The position numbers and the translations under genes are program-made. A stretch of DNA of 64,000 nucleotides from Candidatus Bathyarchaeia archaeon (GTDB lineage: Archaea; Thermoproteota; Bathyarchaeia; 40CM-2-53-6), in contig JBEKSC010000003.1 of assembly GCA_049517415.1 (NCBI GenBank), positions 64,001-128,000 of the forward strand, written 5' to 3'. Positions 28,058 through 37,878 of this stretch are shown one piece after another (the stretch's first letter is position 1; the number at the start of each line of letters is the position of its first letter). The notes beneath the pieces are model-generated. The model did not search any database and was not told the origin of the DNA. It saw only the letters and a list, made by a program, of their open reading frames with translations.

Positions 28058-29053
28058 ATGAACCCTGTAGAAGTTAATGAATTGTCGAAAACCTTCGACA
28101 CAAAAGAAGGACCACTGTTTCGTAAGGTTCCTAGAACAGTGGTTGCTGTAGACAGCATTAGCTTCAGTGTGCCGAAAGGCGAAATCTTCGGTCTTTTAGG
28201 CCCGAACGGTGCGGGAAAGACGACGACTATCAAAATGCTATGCACTTTGATAACTCCTACATCGGGCGATGCATACGTCGCTGGCTTCAGCGTAGCAAAG
28301 GAACAGCAGAAGGTTCGAGCCAATCTAGGGGTGATGTTAACGGGAGAGCGAACACTCTATTGGAAACTGACGGGGCGCGAGAACCTAGAATATTTTGCCG
28401 CCCTATACCATATGGAGTCGAGCTACACGAGAAACCGCATCGAAGAATTGCTCACGTTGGTAGGTCTGAAGGAACGTGAGGACACATTAGTTGAGAATTA
28501 CTCAACTGGGATGCGAATACGCCTCTCCTTCGCAAAGGCACTTCTAAACGAGGCGCCAGTACTCCTCTTTGATGAACCTACAGCAAGCCTCGACCCCCAA
28601 TCCTCGCACCTAATCCGAGACATTATTCGGGATTTGAAGAAAGACGGCTATGCAATCCTTCTCACAACGCACAACATGGAAGAAGCCGACATTCTAAGCG
28701 ACCGAGTCGCGATAATTGACCACGGGAAGATCGTAAGTCTCGGCCCCCCATCAGAGCTGAAGCAGAAGGTGAAGAGCAATGATGTTATCGAGATTGAGGG
28801 ACGCAACTTTTCCGACCAAACCGCTGATGCACTCGAATCGTTCAGTGAGGTTTCGAAGGCAGCATATACCTTGCCTGAGATAGCTGGCGAGAAGGGGTTA
28901 CTTCGAATCCATACTGAGAAGGGCAAAGAGGTCTTGCCGAAAATTCTCGAATTCCTAGTTAGGAAGCAGGCTACTATAACCAAGGTCAGTTTCATCGAGC
29001 CTACTCTAGAAGATGTTTTCATAGCCGAAACAGGCAGGAGCCTGAGAGACTAG
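28058..29053 (+). CDS. ABC exporter ATP-binding subunit (DrrA-like)
   Basis: GPNGAGKTT, YSTGM, LLFDEPT, TTH, PTLEDVF. Confidence 0.95.
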   Translation: MNPVEVNELSKTFDTKEGPLFRKVPRTVVAVDSISFSVPKGEIFGLLGPNGAGKTTTIKMLCTLITPTSGDAYVAGFSVAKEQQKVRANLGVMLTGERTLYWKLTGRENLEYFAALYHMESSYTRNRIEELLTLVGLKEREDTLVENYSTGMRIRLSFAKALLNEAPVLLFDEPTASLDPQSSHLIRDIIRDLKKDGYAILLTTHNMEEADILSDRVAIIDHGKIVSLGPPSELKQKVKSNDVIEIEGRNFSDQTADALESFSEVSKAAYTLPEIAGEKGLLRIHTEKGKEVLPKILEFLVRKQATITKVSFIEPTLEDVFIAETGRSLRD

Positions 29054-29054
29054 G

Positions 29055-29894
29055 ATGCGAACAACGTCCGGGGTAAGGGCAACTTTTGGGGCTTTGGCCG
29101 CAATCTTCTGGAAGGGGATAAAGCATTACACAAGGTACCCGGGCGGATTTGTGATTTACCTAATCATGCCATTCCTTTTTACTATCTTAATCTTCGGCAT
29201 GGGACAATTTGTGGGCGGCGGGAACGCCGCATCGAATTTCGCAGCTCGAACTGGGACAACTAACATTGTGGTCTACGAAATTCTTGGCAGCGCCGTCTGG
29301 ATGACCAGCTGGGTGGTTGTGGAGGATGTCGGTGTAGCCTTACGCGATGAGCAAATGAAAGGCACATTGGAGCAAAATTTCTTGGCGCCAGTCAGTCGTT
29401 TCACTCTTTTAATCGGCATGAGCCTCACTGACATTGTTATCACAACATTCATTTTCCTGATCGTTGTCGGCGCGACCGTTGCGATCGTTTTGCCCTCCAG
29501 CTTTCTGAACCTCATACAAGCCTTTCTCACCTTACTCATCGGTCTGGTTCCATTATTCGGAATCGGTTTTCTCTTCGCTGGGTTCGTGGTCAAATTCAAG
29601 GAACCATACGTGTTCACTCAGTTGGTCAACCTTATCTTCGCGACGTTGACCGGGACATATTATCCAGTGACCTTTCTACCCTACTGGGTTCAATTCATGT
29701 CAGGGGTACTCCCACAGACCTATGTAATCGATGATATGCGCCGTATTGTCCTAGCTGACCAGACGCTTGTGGGCCTCTACGGCAGCCTCTTCGTACTCCT
29801 TAGCTTAGCACTAGTCTACCCTGTTCTTGGCTACGCAGTCTTTAGGTATCTCGAGAAGAAGGCGAGTGTAACCGGTGAATTCTCAAAATACTAA
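29055..29894 (+). CDS. ABC-2 type permease
   Basis: 6 TM helices, EQMKGTLEQ, GTYYPV..LP.W. Confidence 0.9.
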   Translation: MRTTSGVRATFGALAAIFWKGIKHYTRYPGGFVIYLIMPFLFTILIFGMGQFVGGGNAASNFAARTGTTNIVVYEILGSAVWMTSWVVVEDVGVALRDEQMKGTLEQNFLAPVSRFTLLIGMSLTDIVITTFIFLIVVGATVAIVLPSSFLNLIQAFLTLLIGLVPLFGIGFLFAGFVVKFKEPYVFTQLVNLIFATLTGTYYPVTFLPYWVQFMSGVLPQTYVIDDMRRIVLADQTLVGLYGSLFVLLSLALVYPVLGYAVFRYLEKKASVTGEFSKY

Positions 29895-30705
29895 CTTCAC
29901 CAAACGATTGTTTGAGGAATTCAAAGCCTCATTTCTGAAGGATCTTCGCTCCTACGTGCGCTACCCCGCTTGGGTTTTGGGCGAATTCATCAGCACTCCG
30001 CTTTGGTTCTTCTTCTTCGCTCTAGGCGTAACATTGTTCGCCCCTACTACCATCTCGTCCTCTCGTAGCGGTGGTTTAGGCTTCTTCTTTTTCGGTTTCA
30101 TTTTCATAATTCTATTCAGCACATCAGTCTGGGGTGTGGGTCAAAGCATTCGTAATGAACAAACCGCGGGGACACTGGAACAATTCTTCCTCGCACCTGT
30201 AAACCGAGCAACACTTATCGTTGGTAGATGGGCACGTGTCTTTCTAACTGACACACTCATAATTACGTACACAACGCTTCTGCTCTACTTGTTTGGCGGC
30301 GGACTCGTAACGCTCCTCAATCCGGCGACCTTTCTATTCTCTTTGGGGCTGTATGAAATAGCCCTAATTGGTTTCGGGTTATTCATAGCGGCCCTAACAA
30401 TGCGCATCAAATCCTACAACACAATCTCCAACCTAGTATTCTTCGGCTACATGATCCTCACGGGCGCCCTATTCCCAGTCACCGTTATCCCCATGCCGTT
30501 CCGTTATCTTTCACTGGCCATCCCCTTCACATACTTCAACGATCTCATGCGCCACGCAGCGTTGGGGACTCCAACACTTTTCCCAAACGTCTTAGAATTC
30601 GTCGTCGCGGTCTTCTTGTCGATCTTGATGCTGCTGGTCGGCTTTTTCACGTTCAACGAGATCGAGAAAGGAGCACGCTCTCGAGGCAGCATCGGTACAA
30701 GTTGA
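29875..30705 (+). CDS. ABC-2 type permease
   Basis: 6 TM helices, EQTAGTLEQ, GALFPV..IP. Confidence 0.9.
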   Translation: MNSQNTNFTKRLFEEFKASFLKDLRSYVRYPAWVLGEFISTPLWFFFFALGVTLFAPTTISSSRSGGLGFFFFGFIFIILFSTSVWGVGQSIRNEQTAGTLEQFFLAPVNRATLIVGRWARVFLTDTLIITYTTLLLYLFGGGLVTLLNPATFLFSLGLYEIALIGFGLFIAALTMRIKSYNTISNLVFFGYMILTGALFPVTVIPMPFRYLSLAIPFTYFNDLMRHAALGTPTLFPNVLEFVVAVFLSILMLLVGFFTFNEIEKGARSRGSIGTS

Positions 30706-30825
30706 CTTGCACGTAGGCCGAGACAGCGCTAATGCTCAAATGATAAACGTCTGCGGAGTAATGAGTTCTGGAAGCTTTAATGAATGGGATGCCATACTGA
30801 GGTCTTGATTGAAAGGCGCTTCTGA

Positions 30826-31866
30826 TTGGTGGCCACGCTTCGGCTCGGGTATTGGGCTGCGCAGGAACAGTACGACCCGGAACGCCTGTTGCAGTACGCG
30901 GTCCACGCTGAAGTTGTTGGCTTCGACATGATAGTCACTAGTGACCATTTTCACCCTTGGAGCGACACCGGCGGTCAGTCGGGATTCCCATGGGTGTGGC
31001 TCGCATCCGCTGCAGAGAAAACTAGGAAGGTTGAAGTGGGGACCGCTGTCACGACTCCCCTCTTTCGATACCACCCTGCATTAGTCGCGCAAGCCTTTGC
31101 AACGCTCGACAACCTCTACCCCGGAAGAATTTTCGTAACCTTGGGCACCGGCCACTCCATGAACGAGACGCCGCTGGGTTTCAAGTGGCCTGGGTTTGAG
31201 GAAAAAGTTGGAAGGCTGCAGGAAGCACTTGAGATAATCCAGAAACTCTGGACAGGCGATTTTCTTACTTACGATGGGAAGTATTACCAACTCAACAAGG
31301 CCAAGCTCTACACGAAACCCAAGACCAAGATCCCAGTTTACTTGGCTACTTCGAATGAGCGAGTGGCCCGGCTCGCCGGCCAATTCAGCGATGGAATTCT
31401 CACCAACCCTAGAGGGTTGGATCGCTTCAAGAAGATCGTGAACGCCATGGAGAAAGCTGCCGCGAAAGTAGGCCGCGACCCAGCTAAGCTCAGTAAGAGT
31501 ATGGAATTCAAGGTCGCCTACGACATTGATTATGACCGAGCCCTCAAATCCGCAATGTTCTGGGCAACCACTGCCATACCACGCGAAAAACGGGAGCACG
31601 TTTGGGACCCGAGGGAATTGCAGGCGCTCGTTGGTCCTGAGGAGGAAAGGAAAATCAAAGAGTCCTGGCTCATAACAACTGACTCCGACGACATCATCAC
31701 ACGTCTGGGTGATTTTCTGAAAATGGGCTTCGACCGAGTTTACATCCACAGCGCCAGCCCTATCGAGGAACGATTCTTGAACCTGCTGGGACGTGAGATA
31801 CTGCCGTGGATGAGGGAGTATTATGAGAGCCTATTTCGCCCCGTTCGCACAATAACCGTAGAATAA
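30826..31866 (+). CDS. F420-dependent LLM oxidoreductase, G6PDH-like family (second paralogue)
   Basis: EQY, SDHFHPW, RYHPALVAQAFAT, GTGHSMNE, AKLYTKP. Confidence 0.85.
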   Translation: MVATLRLGYWAAQEQYDPERLLQYAVHAEVVGFDMIVTSDHFHPWSDTGGQSGFPWVWLASAAEKTRKVEVGTAVTTPLFRYHPALVAQAFATLDNLYPGRIFVTLGTGHSMNETPLGFKWPGFEEKVGRLQEALEIIQKLWTGDFLTYDGKYYQLNKAKLYTKPKTKIPVYLATSNERVARLAGQFSDGILTNPRGLDRFKKIVNAMEKAAAKVGRDPAKLSKSMEFKVAYDIDYDRALKSAMFWATTAIPREKREHVWDPRELQALVGPEEERKIKESWLITTDSDDIITRLGDFLKMGFDRVYIHSASPIEERFLNLLGREILPWMREYYESLFRPVRTITVE

Positions 31867-32089
31867 CTGACATTACCTCGCGATAGTGTTCGCAGGGTTT
31901 GTTGTAGGAAGGATCACTGACACCAGAATTCTACTGGTCGCCATGCGCCCTCGGAAAGCACATACCTAATGTAAGCTATTCTTGAAATGAGGGCAACAGT
32001 TTGAAGTAGGGTTGCGGTGAAGACTCAGACGATGTACTCACGCACTCGGCAAATAACTGTGTAAATTTTCGCAGCCGGGAAGGATTTTC

Positions 32090-33259
32090 TCAAGATGTGA
32101 CGGAATGATGCCATCTGAGTATGTATTCGGGTAATCTTAGGCCTCGTTCTGCAACCTTCTCGACCAAGTATATCGGGAGCGGGCTAAGAGCGAAGGCGGC
32201 CTTCACGTAGAAACTGTTAGGCCTGCCCTCGCCACTATTGCCCTTTATTGTGAAGGACAGGTCGGAGGTTGCGGCTATAGTGCTGTCCGGGTTTCCCACT
32301 ACAGAGGCGACGAGGGCCCCCATCCGTTTGAAGTTCTTGCACCAGCCGGCCACTATCTCCGTCTCGCCGCTCTGTGAGATTACAATTAGAACGTCACCCG
32401 CGCGTGGTGCAGGCGTATTGGATTCTCCAGCCACGTAAATCTGGTCGCCCATGGCCCGTTTCACATGGCCAACCCGCACGGCCGTCATACGGGCGACCTC
32501 TCTACCGCTACCCAGCCCAACAAAGAAACATGAGTGTCTCTGTTCGAGGGCGTCTACAAGTGACTTGAAGAAATCTGAGGCAACAAACTCGTCTACAAGC
32601 GACCCTATTTCCATAAACAGTTCTTTGGAACGGACTATTACTCGGTCTGCCGGAGCGTTTTCGTATAGTGCTTCGGCAATGGATTGAAAGAGGACACCCG
32701 TGCCCAAAATAAACAAGTCCTCAAGAATCCCCGTCGTCCGAAATTCCTTGGATTCAGTGGGTTCCTCGTCGGGCTCCCGTCCCTTTAGCAAGAGCACATT
32801 ACCATACTTAGTCGCGAGTTTCCCGATGGGTGACTCACGGTCTGAAGTTATGGCGTCGATGCGGAAATCGCGTGGGTTTCCGTGCTGAGCAATATACATG
32901 GCCAAATGTTGGGCGTCAAGAAGCGGCATCATCGACTTTCCGCTACCAGAGTTGATCAGCAAACAGACTTGCCCAAAACGCTGCCTCAGGATCGGTGCAG
33001 CTTCGATGAGGTTTCGTCCTGGGAATCCAATGTCTCCACGGTCGAGAACGAGTTTTCCGCCACGCATCTTAGCCATTTCACTGCAAGCGATGCTGAGCGC
33101 GCCCTTGGACCGTCCTTCGCCTGATGGGAGAATTACTGCGGCACCCATGATATCGTGGTATAGTGCTTCGATTTCTGCCCGGTTTGCTTGGTCGAGGTTT
33201 TGGAATATCCGGTTTACGAAGGTGACGTTGCTGATTTCGCTTGGCATTTCACTCTTCAC
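32090..33259 (-). CDS. Tandem SIS-domain sugar-phosphate isomerase-like protein (HxlB/PHI-like)
   Basis: Two SIS repeats: GEGRS...INSGSGKS and GLGSG...ISQSGET. Confidence 0.75.
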   Translation of the reverse strand: MKSEMPSEISNVTFVNRIFQNLDQANRAEIEALYHDIMGAAVILPSGEGRSKGALSIACSEMAKMRGGKLVLDRGDIGFPGRNLIEAAPILRQRFGQVCLLINSGSGKSMMPLLDAQHLAMYIAQHGNPRDFRIDAITSDRESPIGKLATKYGNVLLLKGREPDEEPTESKEFRTTGILEDLFILGTGVLFQSIAEALYENAPADRVIVRSKELFMEIGSLVDEFVASDFFKSLVDALEQRHSCFFVGLGSGREVARMTAVRVGHVKRAMGDQIYVAGESNTPAPRAGDVLIVISQSGETEIVAGWCKNFKRMGALVASVVGNPDSTIAATSDLSFTIKGNSGEGRPNSFYVKAAFALSPLPIYLVEKVAERGLRLPEYILRWHHSVTS

Positions 33260-33477
33260 AGCGCATTCTGGCGTCGTTTCAACCTTGATATGAACCTCAA
33301 ATAAGTGGTTTCGCCTTGAAAGTGAGTGATGGAGATTCTAGGATTGTATGCATAATTCGAGGAAATCAGAATCGAATATATTTTCTCTACTTTTACTCGA
33401 AAAAGCTTCTTTTCAGCCACGAGAACTATGCTGACCTCTTAAGTAGGTTCAAACGCAGTGGCCAGTTTGAGGTTCGC

Positions 33478-34041
33478 TTGATCTTGGCTACGCTAGGGCA
33501 GCAACAAGAGCGGACGGCCTCGACTGAAAAATGGCAAATTCAACTGATCGAACTTCTGACCTCTTGTTCGTCGGAATCAAGGCTTGCAATAGTCGGCGTT
33601 GGTCACCCAATGCGCGCGGACGATTATGTTGGCAGCTACACCGTTAAGGCCATCATGGAAGGAACGGACGGAGCGTTGCCTGAGGGAGCCTATCTCTTCG
33701 ACGCAGAAGACTCGGTGGAAGCACTTATTGGAAATCTGGCCAAGCTCGGCCTAAGGCATGTGGTATTCATCGATGCCTGCGAGATGGGGCTGCGCCCTGG
33801 TGAAGCAAGCCTGCTGTCTGTCGCAGAGACAAGTTATCCGTTCTTCACAACACATGGCATTCCGCTGAAGGTTCTGGCAGAGCGATTTCTCTCAGAGAGC
33901 AAAGTCTGGGTTCTAGCAATCCAGCCCAAACAGACAGGGTTTGATGTGAGCCTGTCCCAGGAGATTCAACTCACAGCCACGAACGTTTCAGAGTTAATCA
34001 CGAGAAGTTTGATAGAGGGAGGCGAATCGATTGCTGATTAG
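33478..34041 (+). CDS. hycI: Hydrogenase maturation endopeptidase (HycI type)
   Basis: IVGVGHPMRADDYVG, VFIDA, TTHGIPL. The start is placed at TTG 33478/33484 after a TATA-like CTTAAGTA. Confidence 0.85.
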   Translation: MILATLGQQQERTASTEKWQIQLIELLTSCSSESRLAIVGVGHPMRADDYVGSYTVKAIMEGTDGALPEGAYLFDAEDSVEALIGNLAKLGLRHVVFIDACEMGLRPGEASLLSVAETSYPFFTTHGIPLKVLAERFLSESKVWVLAIQPKQTGFDVSLSQEIQLTATNVSELITRSLIEGGESIAD

Positions 34042-34378
34042 CCTTGACCTTGCTACGGTGATTTTATCGGTCGTAGTCTTCGTGCTCATCTTCTACTTTG
34101 TTGCGGGAAAGCTAGGTAAGGTTAGCACGGGTACCGGACCGAAATATGATGCCTTTGCAGGGGGAGAAGAACTTCCGCCCGAGCGTGGAAAATACCACTC
34201 CGAGCTATTCGTTTACGCGGCTCTCTTCGTGGCATTCGAAGTAATCGGGTTACTTCTCGCAAGTTCGATCGCTGCCCGAGGGTTCCTCTGGCCGCTCCTA
34301 TTCGCTTTGGCGGGAGGTTTCTCACTTTTCGTTATGATGCTTTGGTTCGTGGGAACTGGAGGCGCGGAGCTTGCTTGA
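34031..34378 (+). CDS. NuoA-like membrane subunit
   Basis: 3 TM helices, KY..F.GGE loop, ALFVAFE. Confidence 0.8.
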   Translation: MLISLDLATVILSVVVFVLIFYFVAGKLGKVSTGTGPKYDAFAGGEELPPERGKYHSELFVYAALFVAFEVIGLLLASSIAARGFLWPLLFALAGGFSLFVMMLWFVGTGGAELA

Positions 34379-34793
34379 ACAAATAACAACATGGGCGAGG
34401 AAACGTTCCCCTTGGGTCTACCACATAAATGCCTCCTCATGCAACGGATGCGACATCGAACTTGTCGCTAGTCTCACACCACGCTACGACATTGAAAGGT
34501 TCGGAGCCGTCTTGGTACCTAGCCCAAGGCATGCAGACGTTCTCATGGTTACCGGAACTGTAAACGCGCAGACCAAAGACAGATTGAAGCGAGTCTACGA
34601 ACAAATACCCGAACCGAAACATGTGATTGCCATAGGAGCCTGCGCAGCCGCGGGTGGCGTATTCAAAGGCTGCTACAATGTCGGCCAAGGAGTTCAAGAT
34701 GTCATACCAGTCGATATGTTCATCCCTGGATGCCCACCCCGCCCTGAGGCCATTATGTACGGAGTCCTGAAGCTTTTGGGGGAAGTGAAATGA
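34371..34793 (+). CDS. Group 4 hydrogenase small subunit (NuoB/HycG-like)
   Basis: SCNGCDIE, SPRHAD, GACA..GG, IPGCPPRP. Confidence 0.92.
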   Translation: MLEQITTWARKRSPWVYHINASSCNGCDIELVASLTPRYDIERFGAVLVPSPRHADVLMVTGTVNAQTKDRLKRVYEQIPEPKHVIAIGACAAAGGVFKGCYNVGQGVQDVIPVDMFIPGCPPRPEAIMYGVLKLLGEVK

Positions 34794-35272
34794 GCGAAGT
34801 TTTGCTTCAACAACTCAAGAAACACGCCGAGACCGCTAATGGCAAATTTACGGTTCTGAGGAAAGGCGAGGTCGCTGTTGAAGTCGACCAGGGGAAGATC
34901 AAGGGTTTCATCTCGAACCTAGTTAACGATCTGCGCGTTAGCCATCTCTCAACAATGACAGGCCTCGACCTCGGCCAGAACATTGGAATCATCTACCACT
35001 TCTCCAGGGACAAGGATATGATCGACGTGAAAACATTCGTCCCGAAGACCCAGCCAACCGCGGTCTCAATAGTGGACATCATCCCAGGCGCAATACTCTA
35101 CGAGATGGAAATTCACGATATGTTCGGAGCCAACTTCGAAGGCAATCCATGGATGGACAGGAAACTGCTCCTCCCGGACACTTGGCCAGCGGACCTGCCA
35201 CCGCCGCTTCTGAAAAGCTCGAAACCCGCTGAGATTCGCAAAAGGCTGCATTTGGAGGTTGAAAGCAAATGA
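34790..35272 (+). CDS. NuoC-like subunit
   Basis: YHF, YEMEIHDMFG..FEG.P, LLPD.WP...PPL.K. Confidence 0.88.
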   Translation: MSEVLLQQLKKHAETANGKFTVLRKGEVAVEVDQGKIKGFISNLVNDLRVSHLSTMTGLDLGQNIGIIYHFSRDKDMIDVKTFVPKTQPTAVSIVDIIPGAILYEMEIHDMFGANFEGNPWMDRKLLLPDTWPADLPPPLLKSSKPAEIRKRLHLEVESK

Positions 35273-36513
35273 GCGCTGAGCCCACACAACCCAAGCAACG
35301 GGAAGAATCTGCGGGTCTAATGAAATACTCAACCGAAAACCTTGTTCCATTTGGGCCTATTCATCCTGCGCTAAAAGAGCCTGAATACTTCAAGCTGATT
35401 CTCGAAGGCGAAAGAATTGTACAGGTCATACCGAGAATCGGGTACGTTCACAGGGGGCTTGAGAAAGCAGCTGAAACGCGGCCTTGGGTGCAGAACATGT
35501 ACATGTTCGAGAGGACATGCGGTATCTGCAGCTTCGTTCACAGTCTAGCCTATGGCCAAGCCGTGGAAGGCCTAACAATCTACGAAGTTCCGCGACGAGC
35601 CAAATTCATCCGGCTAATTATAGCGGAGATGGAAAGGATTCACAGCCACCTGCTCTGGGTCGGCCTAATGGGCCACTGGGCGGGGTTCGAAACGTTATTC
35701 ATGTGGGTGTGGCGCGACCGCGAGGTGGTCCTCGACCTAGTGGAAGCTATCTCAGGCAATCGAGTTCACAAATCAATGAACGCCTTCGTAGGCGTCAGGC
35801 GTGACATGCCCGAAGGCATGGAAGATAGAATTGTCGAGCGCATGAAATTCCTCGTAGACCGGGCGCGGTATTACAAGGAAATCATTGACACTGAAGAAAC
35901 GATGCTGGAACGAACAGAGAAAGTTGGAAAGCTAAGCCAGGACACTGCCGAAAAACTGTGCGTTGTCGGACCGATGGCCCGTTATGTGGGGCTACAAAAA
36001 GATGTTCGGTTGAACGACCCCTACGCGGCCTATGATGAAGTACCCTTCGACATCATCATTAGAAATGAGGCCGACGTCCACGCGCTCCTCCAACTACGCC
36101 TGGACGAACTCGTAGCCTCAGCAAACATGATCAGCTACGCCGTTCAGCATCTACCGGATGGTCCAATCAGGGTTAAGATTCCACCCATAATTCCAGCGGG
36201 AGAACATTCAACGCATTGCGAAGCCCCAAGGGGCGAGATTTTCTATTACGTCAAGTCCGGCGGCGGAAGAACCCCCGAACGCGTTAAAGTCAGGACTCCT
36301 ACCCTAGCTAACCTCCCTGCAGCTCTGGAGATTCTGAAAGGACAGACAATCGCAGACGTACCAATAGTCCTCACAGCAATCGACCCTTGTTTCGGCTGCA
36401 TGGATAGGATGTCCTTCTTAGACACTGAGACGAACCGCCAGTGGACATGGTCAGGTGAGGAACTGAGACAATACGGAATCAATCACTACTTCCCAGAGAG
36501 GGCTAAGAAGTGA
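35269..36513 (+). CDS. Group 4 [NiFe]-hydrogenase large subunit (NuoD/HycE/EchE-like)
   Basis: GPIHP, GYVHRGLEK, L1 RTCGIC, EAPRGE, L2 DPCFGCMDR, followed by a C-terminal extension. Confidence 0.93.
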   Translation: MSAEPTQPKQREESAGLMKYSTENLVPFGPIHPALKEPEYFKLILEGERIVQVIPRIGYVHRGLEKAAETRPWVQNMYMFERTCGICSFVHSLAYGQAVEGLTIYEVPRRAKFIRLIIAEMERIHSHLLWVGLMGHWAGFETLFMWVWRDREVVLDLVEAISGNRVHKSMNAFVGVRRDMPEGMEDRIVERMKFLVDRARYYKEIIDTEETMLERTEKVGKLSQDTAEKLCVVGPMARYVGLQKDVRLNDPYAAYDEVPFDIIIRNEADVHALLQLRLDELVASANMISYAVQHLPDGPIRVKIPPIIPAGEHSTHCEAPRGEIFYYVKSGGGRTPERVKVRTPTLANLPAALEILKGQTIADVPIVLTAIDPCFGCMDRMSFLDTETNRQWTWSGEELRQYGINHYFPERAKK

Positions 36514-37499
36514 CTGTTACAGAGATCCTAGAAGCCATAATATTTCCAGGCGTACTTTTCACGATAGCAATGGGTTTTATTTTCGACTGGCTTGACAGAA
36601 AAACCGCAGCCCGTATGCAAGGCCGAATAGGCCCAAAGATCACGGGGCCATCCGGAATACTTCAACCGCTCGCCGACTTTCTGAAGCTTCTCTTCAAGGA
36701 GGAAATAATCCCCTCCCACGCAGATAAGGTGATTTTCCTATTCGCCCCAGCATTGTACTTTCTCGCGCCTTTGCTTTCGATGCTGTTCATTCCGATAATT
36801 GCGTTGACACCGACCGCAGGTTTCGATTTTGACTTGCTCGTCATACTGTTTCTGTTGGCCTTTGCGGCGTTCGTAGTCGCGGTTCTCAGCTATTCTTCCG
36901 CCAGCAGCTTTACCACGATCGCCACGGGAAGGCTGGTTCTACAATACGTGAGCTACGAAATTCCATTAGTCCTAGCCATAGTTACCGCTGCAATCTACTC
37001 ACGAAGCCTATCCGTGGAGGGAATCGTGGCATCTCAAACCGGGCTCTGGAATGTTTTCGTGATGCCATTCGCCTTCGGAGTATACGTCATAGCCCTCATG
37101 GCGGAGCTTGAGAAACCTCCCTTCGATATTCCCAGCGCCAAGACAGAAATCGTGGCCGGCTGGCTCACAGAATTCTCCGGCCGCGCACTTGCGTTCCTTA
37201 AACTCACGAAGGAAGTAGGTTACGTATTCGGTTCCGCACTCGCGGTGTCGCTTTTTCTCGGCGGGCCCCTCGGCCCAGAGATGGGGACCGCTATCCCAGC
37301 ACCGTTCCAATACTTCATCTATTTCATGCTTAAACTTCTGGCAGTCGGATTCTTGATATTCGTCCTGAAGACTGCGTTAGCACGCGTAAAAATCGCGCAA
37401 GCGACCGAACTCTTCTGGAAAGTACTAACACCGGTCAGCCTTGCACAGCTCGCACTAGTCCTGGTTCTAATTCAAGGAGGGATTCCTCTTGCCGCGTAG
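36510..37499 (+). CDS. NuoH/HycD-like membrane subunit
   Basis: DRK..ARMQGRIGP, QPLADFLKL..KE, SYEIP, PFD...A..EIVAG..TEFSG. Confidence 0.92.
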   Translation: MTVTEILEAIIFPGVLFTIAMGFIFDWLDRKTAARMQGRIGPKITGPSGILQPLADFLKLLFKEEIIPSHADKVIFLFAPALYFLAPLLSMLFIPIIALTPTAGFDFDLLVILFLLAFAAFVVAVLSYSSASSFTTIATGRLVLQYVSYEIPLVLAIVTAAIYSRSLSVEGIVASQTGLWNVFVMPFAFGVYVIALMAELEKPPFDIPSAKTEIVAGWLTEFSGRALAFLKLTKEVGYVFGSALAVSLFLGGPLGPEMGTAIPAPFQYFIYFMLKLLAVGFLIFVLKTALARVKIAQATELFWKVLTPVSLAQLALVLVLIQGGIPLAA

Positions 37500-37878
37500 A
37501 AAGACAGGTGCCGCCATACCTGAAATGTTCCGCACACTAATTGAGAAACCAGGTACTCAAGTCTACCCATACGAGAAAGTGAACCTGCCGCAACGGTTCC
37601 GTGGCAAGCTGGACATAGACCCAGCCAAATGCACGGGCTGCCAGGTCTGCGCAATGGTCTGCCCTGCCAGCGTTATCACAATGGTTGACTTTGGGACCCG
37701 CAAGGTTGGCGACCGCGTGCTTCCAGTCAAACGCCCAGAGTTCAACCTGGCCACTTGCATTTTCTGCGGTGAATGCGTCGACAACTGCGCTTTCAACGCA
37801 CTTGAGATGACTAAGCAGTTCGAGTTAGCTACGCCACACAAGGAAGACTTGGTGATGAGGAAGGCTCTCGCAAAATGA
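37489..37878 (+). CDS. NuoI-like 2x[4Fe-4S] subunit
   Basis: YPYE, FRG, CTGCQVCAMVCP, CIFCGECVDNC. Confidence 0.92.
   Translation: MPRRKTGAAIPEMFRTLIEKPGTQVYPYEKVNLPQRFRGKLDIDPAKCTGCQVCAMVCPASVITMVDFGTRKVGDRVLPVKRPEFNLATCIFCGECVDNCAFNALEMTKQFELATPHKEDLVMRKALAK

Noticed and set aside
33316..33477. Long N-terminal extension of hycI in the ORF track
   Set aside because: It spans the AT-rich divergent promoter region; protease motifs begin well downstream.
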